A stretch of 63,652 nt of DNA, filler included, from Circinaria calcarea (lineage: Eukaryota): the NCBI GenBank assembly GCA_051942165.1. It is 32 parts of 32 records of this genome, joined end to end, with 100 filler letters (N's around TTAATTAATTAA, not from the genome) between each part and the next. Parts side by side here need not be neighbours in the genome. Positions count along the whole stretch, not along the records: positions 47,916 to 49,798 come from JAVECS010004129.1; positions 49,899 to 51,781 come from JAVECS010004130.1; positions 51,882 to 53,762 come from JAVECS010004131.1; positions 53,863 to 55,743 come from JAVECS010004132.1; positions 55,844 to 57,722 come from JAVECS010004133.1; positions 57,823 to 59,701 come from JAVECS010004134.1; positions 59,802 to 61,677 come from JAVECS010004135.1; 25 more parts are not named here. One strand, 5' to 3'. Numbering within the stretch: the stretch's first letter is position 1; the number at the start of each line of letters is the position of its first letter. Both the position numbers and the translations under genes were made by a program. Below, one piece after another: positions 47,916 through 60,433 of the stretch. The notes beneath the pieces were generated by a model. It made no database searches and was not told the origin of the DNA. It saw nothing but the letters and a program-made list of their open reading frames with translations.

Positions 47916-49798
47916 AATGACTCTATATTTTCGGCTCGGCTCTCCGAGGAAATGACTGCGTATCGGATGAAACTGGAAGCAGAGAGGGAGATATATGCGG
48001 AGTTCGAGATAGCGCATCATGAAGCGAAACGGAAACATACACCGAAGGTGTGTCACCGAAAATTCCCTCAGACTGGGGCAATGTTATTAATAATATGGCT
48101 TAGTCGAGCGTCTATGCCACGCCTTTCTACTTGCAAATATGGGCATTGATGCAGCGCCAGTTTCTCCTTAAGTGGCAAGACAAGTTTTCTTTGACTGTGT
48201 CATGGATTACGTTTATCATTATTGCTCTCATCCTGGGTACCGTATGGTTGAACCTTCCTCGGACAAGTGCTGGAGCTTTCACCAGAGGAGGTCTATTATT
48301 CATTTCGCTGTTATATAACTGTTTTGCAGCGTTCGGAGAGCTAGGGGCAGTGGTTCTCGGGAGAGGCATCGTGAACAAGCATCGGGCTTATACATTTCAT
48401 CGACCTTCAGCATTATGGATTGCCCAGATCATTGTCGATGTTGCTTTCGCGGCCACCCTCATTTTTGCGTTCTCAATAATAGTTTATTTCACCTGGTTTG
48501 GCTTCCGTTTATATACCCGAAGATAAACATGCTAATCGAGAGGCAGTGGTCTTGTACGCGATGCGGGAGCATTCTTCACTTTCTACCTAACTATGGTGAC
48601 TGCATATCTAGCTATGACGCTATTTTTCAGAAGTGTAGCTTGCTTGTGCCCGGGGTTTGATTCCGCATTAAAATTCGTGGTGGTGATAGTCTCATTCTTA
48701 GGTACTTGACTAAATCTATTTACCTTTATTGCCACTCGTTTCTGACTTAAAGCTGAACTTTACAGTACTGACTTCAGGATACCTCATCCAATATGCCAAT
48801 TCTCAGGTTTGGCTGAGATGGATTTTCTACATCAATCCATTAGGCCTTGGCTTCTCCGTACTTATGATAAATGAATTCAAACATCTTACATTGACTTGCA
48901 CCGCGGAATCGGTTATACCCTCTGGACCAGGCTATAATGATCTCACAAACCAAATCTGCACATTGGCGGGCGGTACCTCTGGTTCGAGTCAGATCCCTGG
49001 CAGCAATTACGTCACGCAGACTTTTTCTTATAACCCATCCGACGTTAGTAATCGTGCTTGCTTCTAGTATCTATCATACTAATGCAAGAAAAGCTTTGGC
49101 GAAATTATGGAATCATAATCGCCTTAATTGGCGTTTTCCTTTTTCTCAACGTTACCCTGGGTGAAGCACTCACCGTCAAGTTTGGCTCTGCCGGTAGAAC
49201 CGTTACCTTCTTCGCCAAAGAAAACGATGAGCGTAAACAATTGAACAAAGAGTTACTGGAACGACGTGAAAGGAAGCGACTTCGGGACCTGAATGAAGGT
49301 AGCGATCTCCATATCGAATCGAAGGCGGTTTTAACCTGGGAGAATTTGACCTATGATGTTCCCGTACCTTCTGGTCAGCTCCGACTACTTAAGGACATAT
49401 TTGGCTTCGTGAAACCTGGGCAGCTTACTGCACTTATGGGAGCATCTGGAGCTGGCAAAACGACTTTACTAGATGTCCTAGCAGCGCGGAAGAATGTTGG
49501 AGTCATTGGTGGTGACATCCTGGTGGACGGCATTGCACCCGGCACCGCATTCCAGCGCGGGACATCATATGCTGAGCAGTTAGACGTTCACGAGAGTACA
49601 CAGACTGTTCGAGAAGCGCTGAGATTTAGTGCTGATCTCCGCCAACCTTATGAAGTTCCAGTGGAAGAGAAATATGCATACGTTGAAGAGGTGATATCCT
49701 TGCTTGAAATGGAGGACATTGCCGATGCGATCATTGGAGATCCGGACAGCGGTTTAGCGGTTGAACAGCGCAAGCGTGTAACCATTGGAGTTGAGCTG
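47916..49798 (+). CDS. PDR/ABCG-type ABC multidrug transporter, internal fragment
   Basis: TMD1 (GAFTRGG, HRPSALW, WLRWIFYINP), then NBD2 LTALMGASGAGKTTLLDVLA, YAEQLDVH, LAVEQRKRVTIGVEL. Confidence 0.96.
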
Positions 49799-50620
49799 NN
49801 NNNNNNNNNNNNNNNNNNNNNNNNNNNNNNNNNNNNNNNNNNTTAATTAATTAANNNNNNNNNNNNNNNNNNNNNNNNNNNNNNNNNNNNNNNNNNNNTG
49901 CATTGCTATTCAGAGCCAAACTATTCAGGTGAACTTTATATCAAAAGAAGTTTAGAAGCCAAGAAGTCGTTGCATATTGCCGCTTGTGCACATGACACTG
50001 TTCCCCGCCTTCAATTGTATTATCCCAACCCCGGCTTAATATTCATCGCATTACTTGGAATCATCTCATGATGACGAGCTGTGCCAGTGTCAGTTTACAG
50101 ATGATAAGATAAGAGCCACGGGTTGACTGGTCCCAAATTGTTGCCATTTCGGGAGGATCATCGATTTCTTCCCCAGGATGCGATTCAGTTGGGCTACGAG
50201 TATAGCGACTTCGCTCGATGCGAAAGTGCACCTGGTATGTTCCTCCCCCTAATCGCTTCGATGGCTCCGATGACTCAAATATAAGAACTCCTTCATACCC
50301 GGCGATCCGGTCCGCTGATTCAATGTTGAAATGGTAAGTGAAGGTTGGGCGATCATGTGCTTCTGATCCTTTGCTGCAAGTCTGGGTTCCCCTGTCCAGG
50401 TCCGGATCTCATGGAAAGCTAAAGCAGGATTAACCACCTAGCTCTTTATCTGCTAGGATGACAAGATCACCACGCGACCTAGGTCTGATATCTAATTGCG
50501 CGGATTCGTAATCTTCCTCGAATGAAAATGCATATACTTATCAAGCACAGCTTAACGTTATTGGAACATTTCGCAGCCAGCCATTGCCGAATAAATCCAT
50601 CAGCCTGCTGTTTTGGGCGT

Positions 50621-50868
50621 GCTTGGATGGGATCAGCGCAGTTCGACAAGGTTAGCTGATATTTTGTGAACCAACAGACGTGATCTACAAAGTTATTGGC
50701 ACGATAGTATGTGGCAGCGATTTGCATTCTTTATCACAAAGAGATTATGCAATTGCTGAAGGGTGAGATCTCTAGGCATGAGTCGATGGGCGACGTCGAT
50801 GAAGTTGGTATTGAGGTGAAGAAATTCAAGGAGGGCTACCGAGTCGTCGCTAGCTTCCAGATTGCGTA
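50621..50868 (+). pseudogene. Decayed fragment of a Zn-dependent alcohol/formaldehyde dehydrogenase
   Basis: EPTDVIYKVIGTIVCGSDLH, a frameshift near 50727, then LYHKEIMQLLKGEISRHESMGDVDEVG...RVVASFQI. The GHE motif is altered to RHE. AT-rich DNA and an LTR follow. Confidence 0.75.
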
Positions 50869-51054
50869 TATTTCTCTCGCTCTAAATAGTGTTAGATTCC
50901 TTATCTTCGCGTCCCACTACGGTGGCATGAATCGGGGTTAATATAACTTCGAATTTTTTTTCGAATTTTTAAAAATCTCTTTTCAGTTTTACGTATATTA
51001 ATTTATATATTTGTTATTATAATAATTATTATAATAATGATGTAAAAACTTTAC

Positions 51055-51361
51055 TGTAAGAGCTCTACCCGAGAACCCCTACGAACCCTACGGGTGAACT
51101 ATACACCGAGGTCACGAGGTGCTGGCTTAGCGAGAAAGGTTTTCTTCGCGAAGCGTTACACCAGAATTCTTTAGCAATAATTCATACGCTTATGCGAACC
51201 TATTGAGCTCATTATCACACAATTTACCGACCCTTATCGTAAGATCATTATACTAGTCGTAAAGGATCCTTACAGCTACGCGAACCCATTGAGCACATTA
51301 TCACACAGTTTATCGACCCTTATTCCTAAGATCACTATACCATTCGCAGAAGATCCTTACA
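51055..51361 (+). mobile_element. Solo LTR (TGTAAG...CTTACA), copy 2, with tandem duplication of its 3' ~85 bp
   Basis: Starts TGTAAG at 51055. Complementary CTTACA ends occur at 51274 and 51361. 51194-51274 resembles 51280-51361. Homologous to 29480-29653. Confidence 0.82.
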
Positions 51362-51457
51362 GTTATAGGGTTGACCTGCCAGCTGTTTTTTTTCTTGATA
51401 AGCCCTTTCCTTTTTTCAGTCCCTATTAGGTTTTATACTGTCTCGACGTGGATTGTC

Positions 51458-51781
51458 TTAAACAGCTCCCCTTGAATGTTCAGGCCATGCCTCTTGGGCA
51501 GCTCCAACGCATGTATGGTAAGCCATTGATCCACGAATACTCTCCTCCCATCCGTTGGATACTGTGTGATTCTCTGTAGGTTGAGTATGGGGACCCTTTG
51601 CATGCATGACTGTAGGAGTTGGCGAGTTGGTGAGGGGAAGAGGGATTTCGGATCCCTTAGAAAGCCCCTTGAGCATGCGACAAAATAATCCGGGAAAGCG
51701 TTTCTTACTGGTCCTCGAAGCTTCTTGGTAGAGTCTAGGAAGTACGGCCATACAGCCAGCAACAATTCCGCATGTTATTTC
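51458..51781 (-). CDS. PTH11-like/fungal rhodopsin-domain integral membrane protein, C-terminus
   Basis: EITCGIVAGCMAVLPRLY matches the last-helix motif (ExxxGIxxxCxPxL) of this family. Confidence 0.6.
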   Translation of the reverse strand, partial: EITCGIVAGCMAVLPRLYQEASRTSKKRFPGLFCRMLKGLSKGSEIPLPLTNSPTPTVMHAKGPHTQPTENHTVSNGWEESIRGSMAYHTCVGAAQEAWPEHSRGAV

Positions 51782-52352
51782 NNNNNNNNNNNNNNNNNNN
51801 NNNNNNNNNNNNNNNNNNNNNNNNNTTAATTAATTAANNNNNNNNNNNNNNNNNNNNNNNNNNNNNNNNNNNNNNNNNNNNGGGGAGGGGGGAAAGAGTG
51901 GTGGTCGGGTTGTTATGAAGTTTTTCTTGTGCGGGTGTTCTTGAATATTCTCACAAACGTGAGCCTTGGATACGGCGTTGGATGAGGGAGGGGTTTTTAA
52001 GGAGTTATTGGGAAATGGAGTCCTCGGGTCTGTGGTAATTTCCTCTATGAGCACCGGTCAATGATGAACCACCTCTATAGAAAGTAAGGTCATGGAAAAT
52101 GAATACATTGTTACTTTACTTCAACCCCGGACGGTACTATGCACCCCATCATCTCAAGCATTCACACCAGTGATCCAGTGATCCAGTCTCGAGATGTGTC
52201 TGCATGTCAATGTTCAAACTTCCCGCCACACCCCCCTCCCTAGGTGCTCATATGTACATATATGCCCCCCATATCTCTCCCTCCCCATCTCCACCATCAT
52301 GAACCCACCGCAACCTTACAAAACCTCCAACGTCCAACTTCCAACGTCCAAC

Positions 52353-53675
52353 CTACAGTTTACTCCCCTCCTTCTCCCCGATCAAAGTCTCAAAGGCCAC
52401 CGGCACCATCTCCGTCAAATCGCTCGCCTGCAAGCTGCGCCCGTTCTTCTTAAACGCCAGCCGCGAACACTCCCTCGTGATGCAGCTGCCCCCAAACGCC
52501 GCCAGCATCAGCAGCTCCTCGCGCGACAAGTCGCCCTCGACGTCCCAGATGCGGTCCATGTACGCCTTGCGGTAAGCCAGCAGCGTGCCGAGACTGCCCG
52601 TCAGGGTGTCGCCCTGGCCGCCGCTGCGTTTGCGACCGCCCTCCATGTCCGAGACCATGGTCATTTCGCCGTTGGAAATGTAATCCTTGGCCCCCTTTTG
52701 GATGATCAAGACGCCGCCCATGGCACGCGACAGCTGCGCGCAGACTTCCTCTTCGCCCTCCTCGCCGAGTTCCTTGGTCGGCACACCCATGGCGCTTGCC
52801 AGCCGCCCAAACTCCACCACGTTGGGCGTGAGGATGCATTCGCGGTAGCCCTTGACGAGCTCTGGACGCGACTGCGCGAGATAGAGGCCGTCGGCGTCGA
52901 GCACAAAGGGCATGTTTTGCTTCTTGGCTTCGACGATGACGCGCGCGCACGTCTCCAGCATGAGGGAGTCGCGGCCGAGGCCCGGGGCCGATGACGACGA
53001 CGTGCAGGCGGGAGAGCGCTTCAATGACGGGGCCGGAGATGGCTTCGGGGGTTTCGTGGGGGGAGGTGAGTTTATGGGATTGGCGCATAAGGGGGTGGAC
53101 CATAAGGTTGGGAGAGTAGGCTTTGATGACCTAGGTTGGGAGAGGGGAAGGGGCGTTAGTGGAGGTGGTGGAGGAGGATGGAATGGGGCCGGGGTACGTA
53201 CTTGGGCGGCTTCGGGTTCGCAGATAACATGGCTCTAGGGGGGATAGTTAGCCGAGTATTTAGGGTTTCGTTGGGGAGTTGGAGTACCATGTCCGCGCCT
53301 GCACATTAGTGGTTAGAATCTGATCATCTCTGGAATTCCTCCAAGGAGCTCATACCTAATCGCGCAGAAGCCATGGCCGAGAAATAAGGCGCCCCGGTAT
53401 AACTACCCTCATCCGCTCTATCAGTACCCTCCCACCTATGCAGAACCCTATCTCCAGGAATAGGTATCTCTCAATCCACTTACTCCTGACTTCCTCCAAT
53501 CACTCCCACCCTCCCCAATTGACCTGTGTTTAAAGTGTAAGCACGTCGTCTTTGCAGGCAGAGTACAAGGCTGCTGTTTACCTTTGTGGAACTTCTCCAG
53601 CATGGGCGGTACCATGTAGCGCACTTTGGTGAGGGCATCTTTGGTGGCTTTGGACAGCATTGGTTCACTCGACAT
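52353..53675 (-). CDS. NNR2: ATP-dependent NAD(P)H-hydrate dehydratase (YjeF C-terminal/CARKD), complete, 6 exons
   Basis: [36 protein letters not shown]/..., [27 protein letters not shown]. Includes an 11-nt micro-exon and a 1-nt frameshift near 52985. Confidence 0.93.
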
Positions 53676-53862
53676 GGTCTTTACTGCGATACAGTAAAGT
53701 TTCGTATGACAGAAGGCTGGTGTTCGATTTGGGCATACCTACAAGAGCAATTCGAGAGGAAGNNNNNNNNNNNNNNNNNNNNNNNNNNNNNNNNNNNNNN
53801 NNNNNNTTAATTAATTAANNNNNNNNNNNNNNNNNNNNNNNNNNNNNNNNNNNNNNNNNNNN

Positions 53863-54792
53863 CCACGAAGATCACGTGAGGATGGATTACAAACGCAAAG
53901 CGAGGATCGGACTCTGGTGAACGATAAGGCTGGCGCTGATGTATGGGTCCAGAATCTCCCAAATGAACCGCAAGACGGACCAAAATGCCTCAGGTCCTCT
54001 GAACTTCCTGAGGCAAGAGAAACAGAGTCGCGGAACAAAAGCGAGATGAAAGAGAGTCTAAGCCATGGAGCAGACCCTTTAACGCCAACATCTCAACCAC
54101 TTTCTCTACATTCTTCACCACGCCCTTCAACTTCTCTTGTCCACCAAGAATCACCTCTCCCCATTCCTGCCGCCTCTTCTACCTTACAGTTGCCCGACGT
54201 CGTTCATCTAAATGCTCTGGGTGGGCCCCAAGAAGCCTCTAACCTGAATAGCTCTGGCCTAGATTCCGATACCGATGATTCGAATTCCTACACATCTTCT
54301 GATCTATCCTCGTCTGAAGACGACGACAACGATAGTTCTTCCAGTGGTACTTCCTCCTCCTCTGGTGCTCCTACTTCGGAGCCATTTCAACGGACTACTG
54401 GGCCGGAACGAGTTTCAGCCACCAGACCAGCCAAGAAACGCGCCATCTGTAAGGATTTCCTCAGAAACGGACGATGCAAAAGGGGTGACCAGTGCCACTT
54501 CCGTCACGAGCTGCCTGAACGGGGCAACGGGGCGAAGTCAGGGCGGAAGCAGATCGAGAAACGGGCAGAAGGAGAGGAGAAGATAGGGAGGATGAGCTTA
54601 TACCAACGGGTGGGTTCCCCTACCCACTCGAAAGTGATGTTGCTGACATATCCGACACAGATGGTGGCGCAGGAGCAGGAAAAAGAGGACCAAGTGATCC
54701 TGCAGCACATCATCTTCCTCGGCGAGCAAGGTGTCCTTGACGAACCGGAGGTCAATGTAGAGACCACAACTGTCCATGACGATGACAAGTAG
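53863..54792 (+). CDS. CCCH zinc-finger protein, C-terminal part (possibly Rsa1/NUFIP1-like)
   Basis: CKDFLRNGRCKRGDQCHFRH (C-x8-C-x5-C-x3-H) after a Ser/Asp-rich tract, then RMSLYQR/MVAQEQE. Confidence 0.75.
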   Translation, partial: PRRSREDGLQTQSEDRTLVNDKAGADVWVQNLPNEPQDGPKCLRSSELPEARETESRNKSEMKESLSHGADPLTPTSQPLSLHSSPRPSTSLVHQESPLPIPAASSTLQLPDVVHLNALGGPQEASNLNSSGLDSDTDDSNSYTSSDLSSSEDDDNDSSSSGTSSSSGAPTSEPFQRTTGPERVSATRPAKKRAICKDFLRNGRCKRGDQCHFRHELPERGNGAKSGRKQIEKRAEGEEKIGRMSLYQRVGSPTHSKVMLLTYPTQMVAQEQEKEDQVILQHIIFLGEQGVLDEPEVNVETTTVHDDDK

Positions 54793-55609
54793 GGTTTGAG
54801 TGTATGATTATACTGGAATTACTCGGGTGAGTATCAAGTATCTTTCTCGGCATTGGTGTCAGACTGAGCTGTGGGGGAATCGGGATGTACGAGATGGGAA
54901 ACCCAGGGCTTAGGAACAGGATAGTTGTACGCTTATTATAAGTAGACGAATTTGATAACGTACTTAATGGTCGATATACACATCTCCAACAACTCTGTCG
55001 AGGCAGTGAGTGGGAGAGGCGCGCAATGAATATAGGTTTCTACGGGCAGGCGGAGGAGATATGGTAGAATAAGTGGCGACATCCCGTGGACTCTAGAAGT
55101 AGAGCTACAGTGATAGCCTCCCCCATCATACATGACACGCCGAAACAGTGAGGTAGACGGCAACATCAACACCCTCTACTCCACAGTCGTCGTAATCTCG
55201 CTTCCCTCGTTGCGCGTAGTCGGCCATCCCCTGCCCCCCTCTTCGGCCACCGTTCGGGCCAATCCGATCGTCGTATTTCCGCCTCGAGAGCACTAACGAC
55301 TAAACCATCTCACGCCCTCAGGGCCGAGTCCAATTTATGACCAGGGCCTTATATAGATCTCCTTCGTCCCTACAATGCGCCTTCCTCGTTTTCCTCTTCC
55401 TCTTCTCCTTCGTTCCTTCGCTGAAGCTTTTCGTTCCTACCATTCGTTGTACATTTCGTTTTTTGGGAGTATAAATATATTGCACACCTTCTGTTGCAGT
55501 CCTTCATCGAGTACTACTCCATTGGTTGATTCGCATCATCTACAAAAGCTTTAATCACCGGCAGTACCCATTCAGAGAATCATTATCCACTAATAACCAT
55601 ACATCCAAC

Positions 55610-55743
55610 ATGCGTTTCTCCCTCACCCTCGTTCTGTCGGCATTTGTCGCCTCCATTTCTGCCCAAAACACCGACGGCTCTAATCCGTTCAACATTCCCG
55701 CCGGGGGCTACCTCCTCAATGCCGGGCAGCCCACCACCTTTAC
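55610..55743 (+). CDS. Secreted/cell-wall protein N-terminus (Kre9/Knh1-like Ser-Thr-rich GPI family)
   Basis: Signal peptide MRFSLTLVLSAFVASISA followed by NPFNIP...LNAGQPTTF. Confidence 0.65.
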
Positions 55744-57189
55744 NNNNNNNNNNNNNNNNNNNNNNNNNNNNNNNNNNNNNNNNNNNNTTAATTAATTAAN
55801 NNNNNNNNNNNNNNNNNNNNNNNNNNNNNNNNNNNNNNNNNNNTTTGGCAATCTTGTGAGCAGTAACGGGCCGTTTTGCAGCGTCCGCATTTGAACTTGC
55901 TGGGCTGATTGCATGGTGCGTTGTTGCAAGTAGACTCCATATTGGCAATGAATCAGGTTACAAGAGTAGACGAGATGATTGCACCGTTCACAAAGGATAC
56001 TAAAATTGGCAAGTAGAGGAAGAAGGAAAGGAGGGGAGAGGGAGAATTCTTAAGAACTGAAAACAGGAGGTCAAAGCATGGAAGAATCCATGCTCTTCTA
56101 GACGAAAGCGGGGAGAGAACGGTAGGCGGTGAGCTAGGGCTTAATCTATCGCTGCCCAGAAAGAACCAATGACTCAATCCTGTAACATGGCGACGATGAG
56201 GCCGCCACTGTACAATAATTTTGAAAATCGATTCTCACATGATTTTAGAACCATTCGAGGCCATCACCACAGAAAGGCTCACGCGTCGTCTTCTAAATGG
56301 TCATTACATGAAAAATACTGCCTTCCAGACCAAAGATGTCTAAAGTACTGCAAAAGTACTCCTGGGGGGGCATTCGAGTAAGAGTTGATGTTGATAATTA
56401 TCAACTGGTATCAATTTTAGTACTACTAACCTATCGGTACTAGCGCCTTCACAATCTTTATGCAGAATAATACTGAAGTAATCCTCGTTAATCATTAAAA
56501 TTACTGGAATACACACATCATCCTAGTAAACCGGCTGCTTACTGAACGACCCCCTAGTAACAGCCCTCATCTAGGCCAGCGCCCCCTTCTATGAAACTCA
56601 GCACAGCTGTTGGACTATCTTCAGCATATGGAAATTCCCCCAACCAAGTTCTCCATCCAAGAGACAACATCAAAACCAATACTCCTCCCGACCCCAAATC
56701 CCCTCAATCCCTCCTACCAAATCACCTCCTTCCTCCTTCCTCCATCCTACTTTTCACCCACCACCTACAACCCACACGAAACAACTCCCCTCCGCGCTGT
56801 AGACCCCTTGAGTAATGAGCTACATAACTATAGGCCCCCAAATAGCCTCCCAGGACCCAAACACCCCCTATCACCCTACAACCGTTTTCCCTTCGAGAGC
56901 GGCCCGCGTGTCAGATTTTAGCGTGTCCTCGCTAAAAAAATCCCAAGACGAGGCGCAGCTGTATGATCAACAAGTATTCCGTACCTTTATAGACTAAGGT
57001 ATGGGGGCCATGGGGGCGGAGGATTGGTATAGATAAAGAAAAAACGGGCCGCCGCACGTTTCTGCATTCATTTAACCTTCACTCCGGGCTCCAAGGGGAA
57101 TCATAGTCAGGAATCGAGAAAGGCCTTTGTGGTTCGTTTACGCGTCATTATCATATTACACGTGACCGAACGCGAAAAGGGTCCCGGAT

Positions 57190-57722
57190 ATGTCGAATCA
57201 TCACCAGTACCACCCAGCTCCAATCCCGCTTTCCTCTCGCCCAAGCTCGCCCGATCCAAAGCAATTCGCGAGTTCCGGGTACTATCCCGTGTCCTCGGCG
57301 CAACACCTAGAGACGCTCCATCGAAAAGACTCTGTATGTATCCCTTTCCCATCATGATTGTAAAATGCTAATCCCTCCCGTCAAACTGCTAGAACCTGAA
57401 ACGCAACATCCGTATCCTGAAGCTAATCGCCCGCGTGCTGACTCTCCTGCTCTCCGTCTATACCACCTACTCCGAAACACTCACCCTCGACAAATACCTC
57501 ACAACTAGACGTATCATCATCAACGGTCGCAACGCCTGGGCCGCCGAGACCAAGATATGGCCCACAGCTCTTCTCCTCAGTGTCTCCGTTGCGACAGTGA
57601 TAGCGAGCTTGATCACAGTGGGCATGTACCTCCGCGGGGTTAAGCAGGCAAATAAGGCCAGTGACACTGTTGGGACGGCGACAAGTGTAGGGGGAGCTGT
57701 GGCAAATATGATTATATGGATA
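57190..57722 (+). CDS. Hypothetical multi-pass membrane protein, 5' part
   Basis: MSNHHQYHPAP...HLETLHRKDS, intron 57334-57392, then NLKRNIRILKLIARVL...AWAAETKIWPTALLLSVS. Confidence 0.65.
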
Positions 57723-57822
57723 NNNNNNNNNNNNNNNNNNNNNNNNNNNNNNNNNNNNNNNNNNNNTTAATTAATTAANNNNNNNNNNNNNNNNNNNNNN
57801 NNNNNNNNNNNNNNNNNNNNNN

Positions 57823-58454
57823 CAATTTTGCACCAGCTGGCATCGCCTCAACCGGGGCTTCGGGTGCTTTGTTTGGCATTATCGCCATCATGCTCCTTGA
57901 CCTCCTATACTCCTGGAAAGAGCGTCGTTCTCCGTGGACAGATCTTGCTTGGCTCGCCCTCGATATTGTCGTCTCTTTTGTCCTGGGTCTTCTACCTGGC
58001 TTGGACAATTTCTCGCATATTGGTGGATTCCTAATGGGGCTCGTTCTTGGCATTTGCATCCTGCGGTCACCAAATGCTCTCCGTAAAAGGGTGGGTCTTG
58101 ACGATTCACCGTATCGTCCCGTCAATGCAACAAGGAGCTCCGCTGTCCATGATGATGGTGGTGTTAAGGGGTTCGTGAAGTCACCTTTGGGGTTCTTCAA
58201 AAACCGAAAGCCATTGTGGTGGGCTTGGTGGCTCGTTCGCGTAGCCGCCCTGATTGGGGTTTTGGTGTGTTTTGTTCTTCTTTTGAACAATTTCTACAAA
58301 GACCATAGGACTTGCTCATGGTGCAAGTATCTTAGCTGCTTAGTAGGTAGCCTTCCCACTCAGAATACAAGGGTTCATGCTAATAATCATATAGCCTATC
58401 AAAACCGGCGGCAGGAATTGGTGTGATTCGGGAAACATCCAACACTCGAATTGA
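57823..58454 (+). CDS. Rhomboid-family intramembrane serine protease, C-terminal part
   Basis: Catalytic GASG and DNFSHIGGF motifs, and CSWCKYLSCL/PI...WC at the C-terminus. Confidence 0.92.
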
Positions 58455-59801
58455 GACACCCTGTCATAAATGAAGGGGTAACCTCTAGTATCGTGCTTTC
58501 TAAAGATCTTCAAAACTTGTATCGTTATCATTGGCCATGGTGGGAACAGCGACGGCGTCTCCTGGGCACTCATATCAGAAGGCAGACCAAGAAAATTGAT
58601 GCGGAGTTGATATTGACTATATGGGAACGACTAGCATGGTATAGCGATGGGCGTATTGGGGACGGACAGGGAATATGGTACTCGAGTGGTATTGGCGTAA
58701 TCTGCATCGGCCTAGTGGCGTCGTGGACTTGACACATTGATAGACACCAGACGAATCTTCTAGCGAGTAGTATTCTTTTCACTTTTGACTTTTGTACACC
58801 TTATTCCCATATCCTAGCAGGACAACGTTATCGAAAGATCCCCCAGTCCCAAAAAAAAGACTCCACGGGAGCTTCGACGACTATACATCGAGTTCCAAGG
58901 GAGTGAAAAAAAAAACCCCCCTTGTCCATCCAATCCATTGTTATGCTCGATCGATTGACCCCTTTCGAGGGCGCTTGGAATACCTGGACTCTTTCACCTC
59001 ATGCGTCCCATGCACATACCCGGCTCCCTCTCCACCCCGTATCAATCCCATCTATTCCCCCTTATCCATCCCTCCACCCTGACCGGCCGTCTCCTCCGCT
59101 TTTCAAATTCCACGGCCGACTGGGATGGTTCCATGCGGATAGATTCGCTACTTTCTACATGTGCATGCAGGTAAATAGATAGGTACGCGTGTAGAGCAAC
59201 ATACCTATTTGGATATCTGGATACCAGAGGAAGAGAGAGAGGTAGGAGGGAAGCATCTCAGGACCGAACTCTCTCTGGGTGGGTAGGTAGGTAGGTACAA
59301 AGGGGTGCTTGGAAAAGAAAGAAAAAAAGAAAGTGAGAAAGGCAAAGGGGAGGGGGAGGTGGGGTGGCTTCGGAATTCAACGCGTTGGAAAGAAAAGGAA
59401 AAAAAGCCGAGCGGGTTTTCCCGTCCATGGAATACGTTCGATCTAATTTTCTGAAGGGTAGGTTTATTACTTTTTCCGGCCCCCCCTTCCACCTTAAAAC
59501 CAGAAACCATTCTTCCCAGTCAGTTAGCTACTTTAAGGTGTGAAATAGTAGGTTGAGCAGAGAGAGGCTTTAGGGAATGGGGTGCTAGGTAAGGGTGAAG
59601 GATAGAGGTGTAGCGGTTGGAGATGCGTGGTTAGATTAATAGGAGGAGGAAAAAGAGGAGTAAGAGGAAGAGGAGGAGTAAGAGGAGGAGGAGGAGGAGG
59701 ANNNNNNNNNNNNNNNNNNNNNNNNNNNNNNNNNNNNNNNNNNNNTTAATTAATTAANNNNNNNNNNNNNNNNNNNNNNNNNNNNNNNNNNNNNNNNNNN
59801 N

Positions 59802-60433
59802 TGGCTCAGATGACTTGAGATGGTCTTGAGCTTCTCGAAGGTATGACCTGACCAGACTACGACCTTGGAGTCCAATCCTACGGAAACGAGGATTGACGAA
59901 TCGTAGGACCAGCCAAGATCTTGCACGTCATTGTCATGACCAATGAGCCTCCGAAAGATACGCCAGTTTTCAACGGGGGGTGCCTCATTTGTACCTGTTG
60001 AACTTTTCAGCATTGCCCAACCTACAGTCGCGCCTCCACGACCTACCGAATGTTGCCGTGTGCGAGGGAGGGCTGGGGTCCAAGGTGTAAACGCATACTA
60101 TCTTGTCGTCGGCGCCAGATGCCAAGAAGCGGCCATTCGACGAGAAGCGCACTGTATGTATGGTGCCCGAGTGATGGCTCATCGACGCCAATTGCTTGGG
60201 CAGTGAAGAGGCAGGATCCGCGGCATTGTAAATGGCTGCGGTAGACCAAATTCGCACATGGCCATCTATGCAATACCTCGATTAGCATCATCGCGACTCT
60301 CGTAGGATAACCAACACCAACCTCCAGCCGCGGTGACCAGTCTGGTGCCATCTGGGGAGACGTGACAGCTGTAAACCTCGAAGTCTTTCTTCTCACCGCC
60401 ATGAGTAAGCCATGTGGGCCGGATGAAGTGCAT
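59802..60433 (-). CDS. HIR1: Histone chaperone Hir1/HIRA, N-terminal WD40 repeats
   Basis: MHFIRPTWLTHGGEKKDFEVYSCHVSPDG, HSGTIHTVRFS, ENWRIFRRLIGHDNDVQDLGWS. Confidence 0.95.
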
